Shown piece by piece: positions 1 to 15,947 of a stretch of 64,000 bases of DNA (positions within the stretch are counted from its first letter, which is position 1; every line of letters begins with the position of its first letter). The stretch lies in the NCBI RefSeq assembly GCF_009914755.1, contig NC_060938.1. The stretch is one strand, 5' to 3'. A program made the position numbers and the translations under genes. This DNA is from the human T2T-CHM13v2.0 reference genome, Homo sapiens. The notes under the pieces are model-generated. The model saw only the letters and a list, made by a program, of their open reading frames with translations. It searched no databases and had not been told where the DNA came from.

Positions 1-386
1 TCTGCACTGATTAACCCAGGGAGGAAACACTTGTCTACACTCTGCCTACAGGAGGCTTTAAGACTTATCCCTGCACTGATCACTAGGTGATGTAACACTT
101 GTCTAGGTTCTGTCTACACGGGAATTTTCACATATCTCTACACTGGTCACCTAAGTGATGTAACCCTTGTCTAGGTTCAGCCTACTGGGGATTTCTGACA
201 TACCTATGCACTGATCACTGAGGTGAGTTAAATCATTTCCAGGCTTTTTTACAGGGGACCTTGTGATTTATGTCTACACTGATCCCCCAAATTATGCATA
301 TCTTCTCTAGGCTCCACAGGGCGGGGGCATTGTGACATAATTTGAAATGATCACCAGGAGATGTAACTATTCCCCAGGCTTTGACT
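1..386 (-). repeat. 68-bp beta satellite block (continues beyond window start)
   Basis: Tandem ~68-bp monomers, reverse complement of GATCAGTGCAGAGATATGTCACAATGCCCCTGTAGGCAGAGCCTAGACAAGAGTTACATCACCTGGGT. Confidence 0.95.
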
Positions 387-3062
<2,676 letters not shown>

Positions 3063-6000
3063 TGACACATCTCTGAACTGATCAACAAAGTGATGTAACA
3101 CTTGTCTAGGCTCTGCTTACAGGGGCATTGTGACATATCTCTGCACTGATCACCCAGGTGATGGGAATTTTGTCTAGGCTCTGCCTATGGGGGCATTGTG
3201 AAACTTCTCTAAACTGATCACCCAGGTGATGTAACTCTTGTGTTGGATCTGCCTATGGGGGCATTGTGACATATTTCTGCACTGATCACGCAGGTAAAGG
3301 GACAGTTGTCTGGGCTCTGTGTATGTGGGCTTTGTGACAGATTTCTGCACTGAACACCCAGGTGATGTAACTCTTGCCTACGCTCTGCCTACGGGCATAG
3401 TGACATATCACTGCATTGATCACTGAGGTGATGTAACTCATGTCCAGGCTCTGCCTATAGGGGGCCTTGTAAAATATCTCTGCACTGATCATCTAGGTGA
3501 TGTAAGTCTTGCTTACGCTCTGCCTGCAGGGGCATTGTGAAATATCTCTGCACTGATCACCCAGGTGATGGGACTCTTCTCTAGGCTCTGTCTACTGGGG
3601 GCATTGTCACATATTTCTGCACTGATCGCCCAGGTGACGGACGGTTGTCTTGGATTTGCCTATGGGTGCATTGTGACATATCTCTCCACTGATCACCCAG
3701 GTGATGTAACTCTGGTCTAAGCTCTGCCTAAAGGGGCATTGTGACAGATCTCTGCACTGATCACTCAGGTGATGTAACACTGGCCTAAGCTCTGCCTAAA
3801 GGGGCATTGTGACAGATCTCTGCACTGATCAGTCAGGTGATGTAACAATTGCCTAGGCTCTGCTTAAAGGGACCTTGTCACATATCTCTGCACTGATCAC
3901 CCATGTGATGAAACTCTTGTCTAGGCTCTGCTTACAGGGGGTATTGTGACATATCTCTGCACTGATCACCTAAGTCATGTAACACTTGTGTAGGCTCTGC
4001 CTGCAGAGACATGTTGACATATCTCTGCACTGTTAACCGAGGTGATGTAACACTTGTCTAGGCTGTGCCCACAGGGGGATTGAGACATATCTCTGCACTG
4101 ATCAAGAGGTGATCCAACTCTTGACTTGTCTCTGCCTACTGGGGACATTGTGACATATCTCTGCACTGATCTCCCATGTGCTCTAAATTTAGTCTAGGCT
4201 CTGGCTACACAGCATCGTGACATATCACTGCACTGATCACCCAGGTGATATAACTCTTGTCTAGACTCTGCCTACAGTGGCATTGAGACATATCCCTGAA
4301 CTGATCACCCAGGTGATGTAACTCTTGTCTACGATATACCTAAAGGGACATTGTGACATAAATCTGCACTGATCATCCCGGTGATGGGGCTTTTGTCTAG
4401 GCACTGCCTAAGGTTGCGTTGTGACAGAACTCTGTACTGATCACTCAGGTGATGTAACTGTTGTATAAGCTCTTCCTACAGGGGAATTGTGAGAGATCTC
4501 GCCACTGATCACGGAAGTGTTGAAACTATTGTCTAAGCTTTGCCTACAGGGGGCTTTGTGACATACCTTTGCACTGATCACCCAGGTGATATAGCTCATC
4601 TAAGTTCTGAGTACAGGAGCTTTGTGACATATCTCTTCACTGATCACTTAGGTGATGTAACACTTTTATAAGCACTGCCTACAGGGATTTTTGACAAATC
4701 TCTGCACTGATCACCTAGGTGATGTAACTGTTGTCTACCCTCTGCCCAAAGGGGGCATTGTAAAATATCTCTGCACTGATCACCCAAGGTGATTCAACTC
4801 TTGTCTAGGATCTGCCTATAGGGGGTATTGTGAAATAACTCTGCACTGATTAACTAGGTGATGTAACTCTTCTCTAGGCTCTGCCTACAGGGGCGTTTTC
4901 ACATATCCCTGAACTGAAGACAAAGGTGATGTAACTCTTGCCTAGGCTTTGACTAGAGGGGACATTGTGACATATCTCTGCACTCATCACCCAGTTGATG
5001 CAACTCTTGACTAGGCTTTGTTACAGGGGACATTGTGATGTATCTCTGCACTGATTACCCTGGTGATGCAAATCTTCTCTATGCTCTGCCTACAGGGGGC
5101 ATTGTGACATATCTCTGCACTGATCACCCAGGTGATGTAACTCTTTTCTAATCTCTGCCTGCAGACAGCGTTGTGACATCACTCTGCACGGATCACCCGG
5201 GTTATGTAACTCTTGTCTAGGGTCTGCCTATGGGGGCTTTGTGACTTATCTCTGCACTGATCGCTGAGGTGATACAACACTTGTGTAGGTTTTGCCTACA
5301 GTGGGATTTACGACATATCTCTGCACTGATCACCCAGGTGATGTAACTCTTGTCTAGGCTCTGCTTACAGGGGGTATTGTGAGACATCTCTGCACTGATC
5401 ACCCAGGTGATGTAACTGTTGCCTAGCCTCTGCCTACAGGAGCATTTTAACATATCACTGCGCTGATCACTGAGATGATACGACTCTTGTATAGGCTTCG
5501 CTGACAGAGGGCATTGAGAAATATCTCTGCACTGATCACCGAGGTGATGCAACCCTTGTCTGGGATTTGCTTACAGGGGCACTGTGACATATCCCTGCCC
5601 TGATCACCCAGGTGATGTAACTCTTGTCTAGACTCTGCCTACTGGAGACATTGTGACATATCTCTGCACTGATCACCCAGGTGATGTCACTTTTGTCAAG
5701 GATATGGCTGCAGGGACATTGTGACATGTCACTGCACTGATAACACAGCTGATGTAACCCTTGTCTAGGCTCTGGCTACAGGTGCCTTGTGACACAACTC
5801 TGCACTGATCACCCAGGTGATGTTACGCTTATCTAAGCTCTGCCAAAAGGGGACATTGTGACATAACTCTGCAATGATCACCCAGGTGATGGGACACTTG
5901 TCTAGGCTCTGCCTACAGGGGCTGTCTGATATATCTCTGCAGTGATCACTCAGGTGATGTAACGCTTGTGTATGTCTGCCTACTGGCGGCCTTGTGGCAT

Positions 6001-7826
6001 ATTTCTGCACTGATCACCCATGTGATGGACTCTTGTCTTGGATCTGCCTATGGGGGCATAGTGACATATCTCTGCACTGATCACTCATGTGATGTAACGC
6101 TTTTCTAACCTACGCCTAAAGGGGAGTTGTGACAGATATCTCCACTGATCACCCAGGTGATGTAACAATTTTCAGGGATTTGTCTACAGGGGGTTTTGTG
6201 ACATATCTTTGCACTGATCACCTAGGAGATGTAACTCTTGTCTAGGCTCGGCCTACAGGGGCTTTGTGACATATTTCTGCACTGACCACCCAGGTGTTGT
6301 AACACTTGTCTAGGCTCTTCCTACAGGAGCTTTGTGACATATCTCTGCACTTATCACCCAGGTGATGTAACTTTTGTCTAGGCTCCACCTACAGGGGGTA
6401 TTGTGACTTATCTCTGCACTGATCACCCAGGTGATGTAACATTTATCTAGGCTCTGCCTACTGGGGCGTTTTGACATAGCTCTGCACAGATCACATAGGT
6501 TATGTAACTCTTGTCCACTCTCTGCATACTGGGGGCAGTGTGAAATATCTCTGCACTGATCACCCAGGTGATGGGACTCTTCTCTATACTCTGCCTAGAG
6601 GGGGATTTGTGACATATCTCTACACTGATCACCCATGTGATGGAAGCCTTGTCTAGGCTCTGTCTATGGGCGCATTGTGTCAAATATCTGCACTGATCAC
6701 CCAGGTGATATAACTCTTGTCTAGGCTCTGTCTACAGAGATATTTGTGACATATCACTGCACTGATCACCTAGGTAATGTAGGCCTTGTATGGGCTCTGC
6801 CTACAGAAGGCTTTGTGACATATCTATGCACTGATCTCTGAGGTGATGCAACTCTTGTCTAGGCACTGCCTGGAGGGGACATTTGTACATATCTCTGCAC
6901 TGATCATCCAGGTGATGGACACTTTTCTTAGATCTGCCTACATGGACATTGTGACACATATCTGAACTGATCAACCAAGTGATGAAACTCTTGTCTAGGC
7001 TCTGCCTACATGGGCTTTGTGACACATCTCTGCACTGATCACCCTGGGGAGGGAACTCTTTTCTACGCTCTGCCTACAGGAGGCTTTATGACTTATTCCT
7101 GAACTGATAACCTAGGTGATATAACACTTGTATAGACTCTGCCTACACGGCAATTTTCACATATCTCGGCACTGATCACCCAGGTGATGTAACTCCTGTC
7201 TAGGTTCAGCCTACAGTAGCGTTTTTACATATCTCTGCACTGATCACCCAGGTGATGTAACCCTTGTCTAAGCTCTGCCTAGTGGGGCATTGTGACAGAT
7301 CTCTGCACTGCTCACCCAGGTGATGTAACAATTGTCTGTGTTTGCCTACAGGGGGCTTTGTGATATACAATTCCACTGATCAAACAGGTGATGTAACCCT
7401 TGTCAAGGTTCTGCTTACAGGGGCTTTGTGACATATCTCTGCACTGATCACCCCAGGGAGGAAACACTTGTCTACACTCTGCCTACTGGAGGGTTTACGA
7501 CTTATCCCTGCACAGATCACTAGGTGATGTAACACTTGTCTAGGCTCTGTCTGCATGGGAATTTTCACATATATCTACACTGATCACCTAAGTGATGTAA
7601 CCCTTGTCTAGGTTCAGCCTACTGGGGATTTCTGACATACCTATACACTGATCACCGAGGTGATGTAAATCATTTCCAGGCTATTTGTACAGGGGACATT
7701 GTTAGATATCTCTGCACTGATCACCCAAATGATGCAAATCTTCTCTAGACTCCACAGGGAGGGGGCATTGTGACATATTTCTGAACTGATCATCCAGGAG
7801 ATGTAACTATTCTCCAGGCTCTAACT
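3063..7826 (-). repeat. 68-bp beta satellite block (~4.8 kb)
   Basis: Diverged tandem monomers with recurrent tgcactgatcacccaggtgatgtaactcttgtctaggctctgcctacagggg. Confidence 0.97.
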
Positions 7827-8145
7827 AAAGAGTGTCGGAAGGTGTTGGGAGTGTCTCAGCTGGAATTTCACGGATGGACATTGGCACAGAGAGGCCAGCT
7901 GGCTCCCTTGCATGTCAGCCGAAGTGTGCAATGAACGCAAGTCTAGCCAGGAGGCCGGCAAAGAGAGCTAGAGGTGTGCGTTCCGCCACCAGGAGCTCCA
8001 TGGTGGCAGCTGGGAGGCTGCAGGGGCACGGGCATGCTGGCGAAGGTGGCGCGGAGGTGCAGAGGAGGCGAGCCGCCGGATGTGTGTCAGGCCTGGACGC
8101 TGGGCGGGCCTGGTGTTTCCCGGGACAGTGGTCTCCACCCAGCCC
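7827..8145 (-). pseudogene. DUX4L: Isolated 3' fragment (part of intron-2-like plus exon-3/pLAM-like) of a DUX4-like unit
   Basis: Homologous to 387-705 of unit A; ends abruptly at ...gtctccacccagccc where the strand switches. Confidence 0.9.
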
Positions 8146-9717
8146 GGAGACCAGGAGTGATATCTGGTTTCAGAATCGAAGGACCAGGCACCCGGGAGAG
8201 GCGGGCATGGTGCCCGCGAAGGCAGGCGGCCTGGGCTACGCGGCCACCAGTGGGTGTTACCCTGCTCCCTCGTGGGTCCCCTTCGCCCACACCGGCGCAT
8301 GGGGAACGGGGCTTCCCGCACTCCACGTGCCCTTCGCGCCTGGGGCTCGCTCTCAGGGGGTTTCGTGAGCCAGAGAGCAAGGGCCGTCCCCGTGCTCCAG
8401 CCCAGCCAGGCCACGCCAGAAGAGGGGATGTCCCAACGTACCCTGGCAAGCGCGGATTTTGCCTACGCCGCCCCGGCTCCTCCGGAAGGGGCTCTCTCCG
8501 ATCCTCAGGCTCTTCGGTGGCCTCCGCACCTGGGCAAAAGCCGGGAGGACCGGAATCCGCAGCGCGACAGCTTTCCAGGCCCTTGTGCGGTGGAACAACC
8601 TGGGCCCACTCAGGCGGGTCCACAGGGCCAAGGTGTGTTTGCACCACTCGCGTCCCAGGGGAGTCCATTGTGGGGTTGTGGCCGGTATCCGCAGGTCGCC
8701 GTGGCAGCGTGGGAACCCCAAGCTGGGCAGCCCCGCCTCGCCAGCCCGTGCCTGAGAGGCCTCCGCCCGGCAGGGGCAGATGCTAGGCATCCCGGCGCCC
8801 TCCCAGGCGCTCCAGGAGCTGGGAGGCTCGTCTGCACTCCCATCCGGCCTGCTACTGGATGAGCTCCTGGAGAGCCCGGAGTTTCTGCAGCAGGCGCAAT
8901 CTTTCCTAGAAACGGAGGCCCCAGGGGAGCTGGAGGCCTTGGAAGAGGCAGCTTCGCTGGAAGCCCCCCTCAGCAAGGAACAATACTGGGCTCTGATGGA
9001 GGAGATTTAGGACGCGGGGTTGGGACAGTGTCGGGTCGGGGCAGGGCGGTGGCCTCTCTTTCGTGGGGAACACCTGGCTGGCTATGGAGGGGCGTGTCTT
9101 CCCCCCGCCCTCTCCACCGGGCTGACCGGCCAGGGATTCCTGCCTTCTAGGTCTAGGCCTGGTGAGAAACTCCACACAGCATAGAACTGCCATTCTTTCC
9201 TGGGCATCCCGGGGATCCCAGTGCCGGGCCAGGTACCAGCAGGTGGGCCACCTACTGTGCACGCGCGGGTTTGCATGCAGCCGCCTAGGCTGTGGGAGCA
9301 GCCCGGGCAGAGCTCTCATGCCTTTCCACCACCCCACCCCCGCCTGAGCACCCCCTCCCCACCCCCACACCCCACCCTCCGAAATTGCGTCCTCCCCTGG
9401 CCTGGGTTGAGACCCCCATCCCGCGAAACAATGGGTATGTGCAGCGTCCTTTCCTGACATCGCTTCAGTGGCTTGAGTCCTCTGCGCCTCTGTGCCACTG
9501 TAGCCCGCCTGCGCGTTTCCCTGCAGCCTCCCAGCTGCCACCATGGAGCGCCTGGCAGTGGAACGCAGACCTCTAGCTCTCTTAGCTGGCCTCCTGGCTA
9601 GACCTGCACTCATTGCGCACCCCGGCTGATGTGCAAGTGAGCCCGCTGGCCTCTCTCTGCCCTTGTCCAACCATGAAATTCCGGCTGAGGTTCTCCCAAC
9701 ACCTTCCGATGCTCTTT
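8146..9717 (+). pseudogene. DUX4L: 5'-truncated DUX4-like unit B (starts inside homeodomain 2; frameshifted)
   Basis: Begins at [13 protein letters not shown]; no promoter or HD1; C-terminus ...[11 protein letters not shown] ends at 9010; exon-2/KpnI (ggtacc ~9232) and exon-3-like sequence follow. Confidence 0.93.
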
Positions 9718-12700
9718 AGTAAAAGCCTGGAGAACAGTTACGCCTCCTGGATGATCAGTTCAGAAACATGTCACAATGCCCCCTCCCTGCGGAGCATAGA
9801 GAAGATTTGCATCATTTGGGTGATCAGTGCAGAGACATATCACAATGTCCCCTGTACAAAAAGCCTGGAAATGATTTACATCACTTCGGTAATCAGTGCA
9901 TAGGTATGTCAGAAATCTCCAGTAGGCTGAACCTAGACAAGGGATACATCACTTAGGTGATCAGTGTAGAGATATGTGAAAATTCCTGTGTAGACAGAGC
10001 CTAGACAAGTGTTACATCACCTAGAGATCAGTGCAGGGATGAGCCACAAAGCCGCCTGTAGGCAGAGTGTAGACAATTGTTTCCTCCCTGAGGTGATCAG
10101 TGCAGTGATATGTCCCAAAGCCCCTGTAAGCAGAACCTTGACAAGTGTTAGATCACCTGTTTGATCAGTGGAAATGAATATCAAAAAGCCCCATGTAGGC
10201 AAAGCCCAGGAAATTGTTACATCACGTGGGTGAGCAGTGGAGAGATCTGTCACAATGCCCCTGTAGGCAGAGCTTAGACAAGGGTTACATCACCTGGGTG
10301 ATCAGTGCAGAGATATGTCAAAACGCTCATATAGGCTGAACCTAGACAGGAGTTACATCACCCGGGTGATCAGTGCAGAGATATGTGAGAATCCCTGTGT
10401 AGGCAGAGCCCAGACAAGTGTTACATCACCTAGGTTATCCGTGCAGGTGTAAGTCATAAAGTCTCCTATAGGCAGAGCATAGACAAGAGTTCCCTCCCCA
10501 GAGTGATCAGTGCGGAAATGTGTCACAAAGCTGCTGTAGGCAGAGCCTAGACAAGAGTTTCATCACTTGGTTGATAAGTTCAGAGATGTGTCACAATATC
10601 CATGTAGGCAGATCTAAGACAAGGGTCCATCACCTGGGTGATCAGTGCAGAGATATGTCAAAACGCTCCTGTAGGCTGAACCTAGACAGGAGTTACAACA
10701 CCTTTGTCATCAGTTCAGGTATACGTGAAAACGACCCTGTAGGCAGAGCGTAGACAAGAGTTACACTTCCTAGTTGATCAGTGCAGTGATATTTCACAAT
10801 ATCCCCTGTAGCCAGATCCTAGACAAGAATTGAATCACCTGGGTGATCAGTGCAGAGATATGTCACAATGCAACAGTAGGCAGAGCCTAGACAAGAGTTA
10901 CATGACCTAGGTGATCAGTGCAGGGATATATTGCAATGTCCCTGTAGGCAGAGCCATGACAAGTGGTACATCACCTGCGTGATCATTGAAGAGGTATGTC
11001 ACAAAGCACCCTGTAGGCAGATCCTAGAAAAGAGTTACATAACCTAGGTGATCAGTGCAGAGATTTGTCAAAATTCCCTGTAGGCAGTGCTTATAAGTGT
11101 TACATCACCTCCGTGATCAGTGCAGGGATATGTCACAAAGGTCCTGTAGGCAGAACTTAGACGAGTTACATCACCTGGGTGATCAGTGCAAAGGTATGTC
11201 ACAAAGCCCCCTGTAGGCAAAGCCTAGACAATGGTTTCATCACTTGGCTGATCAGTGGCGAGATCTCTTACAATTCCCCTGTAGGCAGAGCTTATAAAAC
11301 AGTTACCTCACCTGGGTTATCAGTGCAGAGATATGTCACAATGACCCCATAGGCAGATCCAAGACAAGAGTGGGTCACCTGGGTGATCAGTGCAGAAACA
11401 TGTCACAATGCCCCCTTAGGCAGAGCCTAGACAAAAGCCCCATCACCTGGTTGATCAGGGCAGAGTTATGTCACAAAGTGCCTTCAGGAAGATCCTAGAC
11501 AAGAGTTACATCACTTGGATGATCAGCGCAGAGATATGTCACAATGCCATCGTAGGGAGAGCCTAGAAAAGAGTTACATGACCTAGGTGATCAGTGCAGA
11601 GATACATCGCAATGTTCCTGTAGGCAGGGCCTTCACAACTAGTACATCATCTGCGTGGTCATTGCAGGGTTATGTCACAAAGCAACCTGTAGGCAGATCC
11701 TAGAAAACAGTTACATCACCTGGGTGATCAGTGTAGAGATATGTCACAATGCCACTGTAGGCAGAGCCTAGACAAGAGTTACATGACCTAGGTTATAAGT
11801 GCAGAGATACATCACAATGTCCCTTTAGGCAGAGCCTTAAACAGTGGTACATCACCAGGGTGATCATTGCAGGGATATGTCACAAGCCCCCTGTAGGCAG
11901 AGCGTAGACAAGGGTTATATCACATGGGTGGCCACTGCAGTGATATGTCACAAAGCCGTGTAGCCAGAGCCTAGACTAAAGTTACAGCACTTGGGAGATC
12001 ATTGCAGAGACATGTCACAATGTCACCAATAGGCAGAGACCAGGCAGGACTTGGATCACCTCGGGATCAGTGCAGAGATATGTATCAATCCCGCTGAGGA
12101 CACAGCCTAGACAAGTGTTACATCACCTCGGTTAACAGTGCAGAGCTATGTCAAAATGCCCCTGTAGGCAGAGCCTACAAAAGTGTTAGAGCACTTAGGT
12201 GATCAGTGCAGAGATATGTCAAAATACCCCCTGTAAGAAGAGCCTAGAAAACAGTCCCATCACCTGCGTGATCAGTGCAGAGATATTTCACAATGCGCCC
12301 TGTAGGCAGAGAGTGGACAAGTGTTTCATAACCTAGGTGATCTGTGCAGAGCTATGTCAAAATGTCCCAGTAGGCAGAGCCTAGATAAATGTTACATCAC
12401 CTGGGAGATCAGTGCAGAGATATGTGACAAGGCCCCTTTAAGCATAGACTAGAAAATAGTTACATCACCTGAGTGATCAGTGCAGACATCTGACACAATG
12501 CCCCTTTAGGCAGAGCTTAGACCAGGTTTACATCACCTGGGTGATCAGTGCAGAGATATGTCACGATGCCCCCATAGGCAAATCCAGGACAAGAGTCCGT
12601 CACCTGGGTGATCATTGCAGAAGTATGTGAAAATGACCCCAGTTGGCAAAGCCTAGAGAAGAGTCCCATCACCTGGGTGATCAGTGCAGAGATATTTCAC

Positions 12701-13174
12701 AATTCCCTGCAGGCAGAGCGTAAGAAAGAGTTACATCACCTAGGTGATCAGTGCAGAGATATGTCACAAAGTCTCCTATAGGCAGAGCCTGGACAAGAGT
12801 TACATCACCTCAGTGATCAATGCGGTAATATGTCACTGTTCCCCGTAGGCAGAGCCTAGTCAAGCGTCACATCGCCTGGGTGATCAGTGCAGAGATATGT
12901 CACAAAGCCCCCATACACAGAGCCTAGAGAAGAGTCCCATCACCTGGATGATCAGTGCAGAAATATGTCCCAATGCCTCCATAGGCAGATCCAACACAAA
13001 GGTTACATCACCTGGGTGATCAGTGTAGAGATATGTCACAATACCCCCATAGGCAGAGCCTAGACAAAAGTCCCATCACCTGGGTGATCAGTGCAGAGAT
13101 ATGTCAAAAAGCCCCTGTAGGAAGAGCCTAGACAAGATATGCATCACTTTGTTGATTAGTTCAGAGATGTGTCA
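9718..13174 (+). repeat. 68-bp beta satellite block (~3.5 kb)
   Basis: Tandem monomers in + orientation (gatcagtgcagagatatgtcacaatgcccctgtaggcagagcctagacaag...). Confidence 0.97.
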
Positions 13175-13782
13175 TGCTGACTGTTTGCTCCCGGAGCTCT
13201 GCGGGCACCCGGGAAGATGCAGGGAAGGTTGGAAGATCGGCATGGTGCCTTCGCTCTCCTTGCCAGTTTCCAAACCGGCCACACTGCAGGCTCCCCATGT
13301 GGCCACACATGGGAATCCATCGTCACGCCATCATGCCGAGGAGGCATCTTCTCTCTGGGGTCTCGCTCTGGTCTCCTACATGGAAATGAACGAGAGCCAC
13401 ACGCCTGCATGTGTGAGACTGTCCAAGCAATGGCGACACCAACAGGCAATGCCTCCTTCACAGAGAGAGGGCCTGGAACACTCCAGACTCCCACGGAGGT
13501 TCAGTTCCACACTCCCCTCCACCCTCCCAGGCGGGTTTCTCCCTGCTGAGGATGCGTGGGAGCCCAGAGAGCGGCTTCCAGTTCTCGCGGAATTCCTGGA
13601 GAGGTCCGGATAGCCAGACCCCGAAACGTGCCCCCCTCACCCCTTCCCCCTCTCCCCCTTCATCATCGTGTCTCCGGTCCCACCACCGCCATCACCACGC
13701 CCTCCCCACCCACCCCTCCACCGCCCGGCCGCAGAACTCGACGCCCTGGGACCCTTCCAGGGTGGGGCAGGCTGTCCCAGGG

Positions 13783-15110
<1,328 letters not shown>

Positions 15111-15947
15111 TTTCTACAGCAGGGGCAAACTTCCCTAGAAATGGAGGCCCCAGGGTAGCTGGAGTCCTTGGAAGAGGCCGCCTCGCTGGAAGCCCCCCTC
15201 AGCGAGGAAGAATACGTGGCTCTGCTGGAGGAGTTTTAGGATGTGGGGAAGGGACGGGGTCGAGTCGGGGCAGGGCGGTGGCCTCTCTTTCGCGGGGAAC
15301 ACCTGGCTGGCTATGGAGGTATGTGTCTTCCCCCCGCCCCCTCCACTGGCCTGACCGGCCTGGGATTCCTGCCTTCTTGGTCTAGGCCCGGTGAGAGACT
15401 CCACACAGTGGAGAACTGCCATTCTTTCCTGGGCATCCCGAGGATCCCAGAGCCAGCCCAGGTACCAGAAGGTGGGCCGTCTGCTGCGCACGCACAGGTT
15501 TGCGGGCAGCCGCCTTGGCTGTGGGAGCAGCCCGGGCAGAGCTCTCATGCCTTTCCAACACCCCACCCCCTCCTGACCACCCCCACCCCACCCCCACCAC
15601 CCACCCCCAGAAAATATGTCCTCCCCTGGGCTGGGTGGAGACCCCCTTCCCGCGAAACACCAGGCCTGTGCAGCATCCAGTCCCGACACCCCTCTGGCAG
15701 CTCACCTCCTCTGCGCCTCCATGCCACCGTGGCCGACTCGCCCGTGTCCCTGCAGCCTCCCAGCTGCCACCATTGGAGCTCCTGGCGGCAGAACAGAGAC
15801 CTCTAGCTCTCTTTGCTGGCCTCCTGGCTAGACCTTCGCTCATTGGGCACCCCGGCTGTTGTGCAAGGGAGCCCACTGGCCTCTCTGTGCCCTTGTCCAA
15901 CCGTGAAATTCCAGCTGAGGCTCTGCCAACACCTTCCAACGCTCTTT

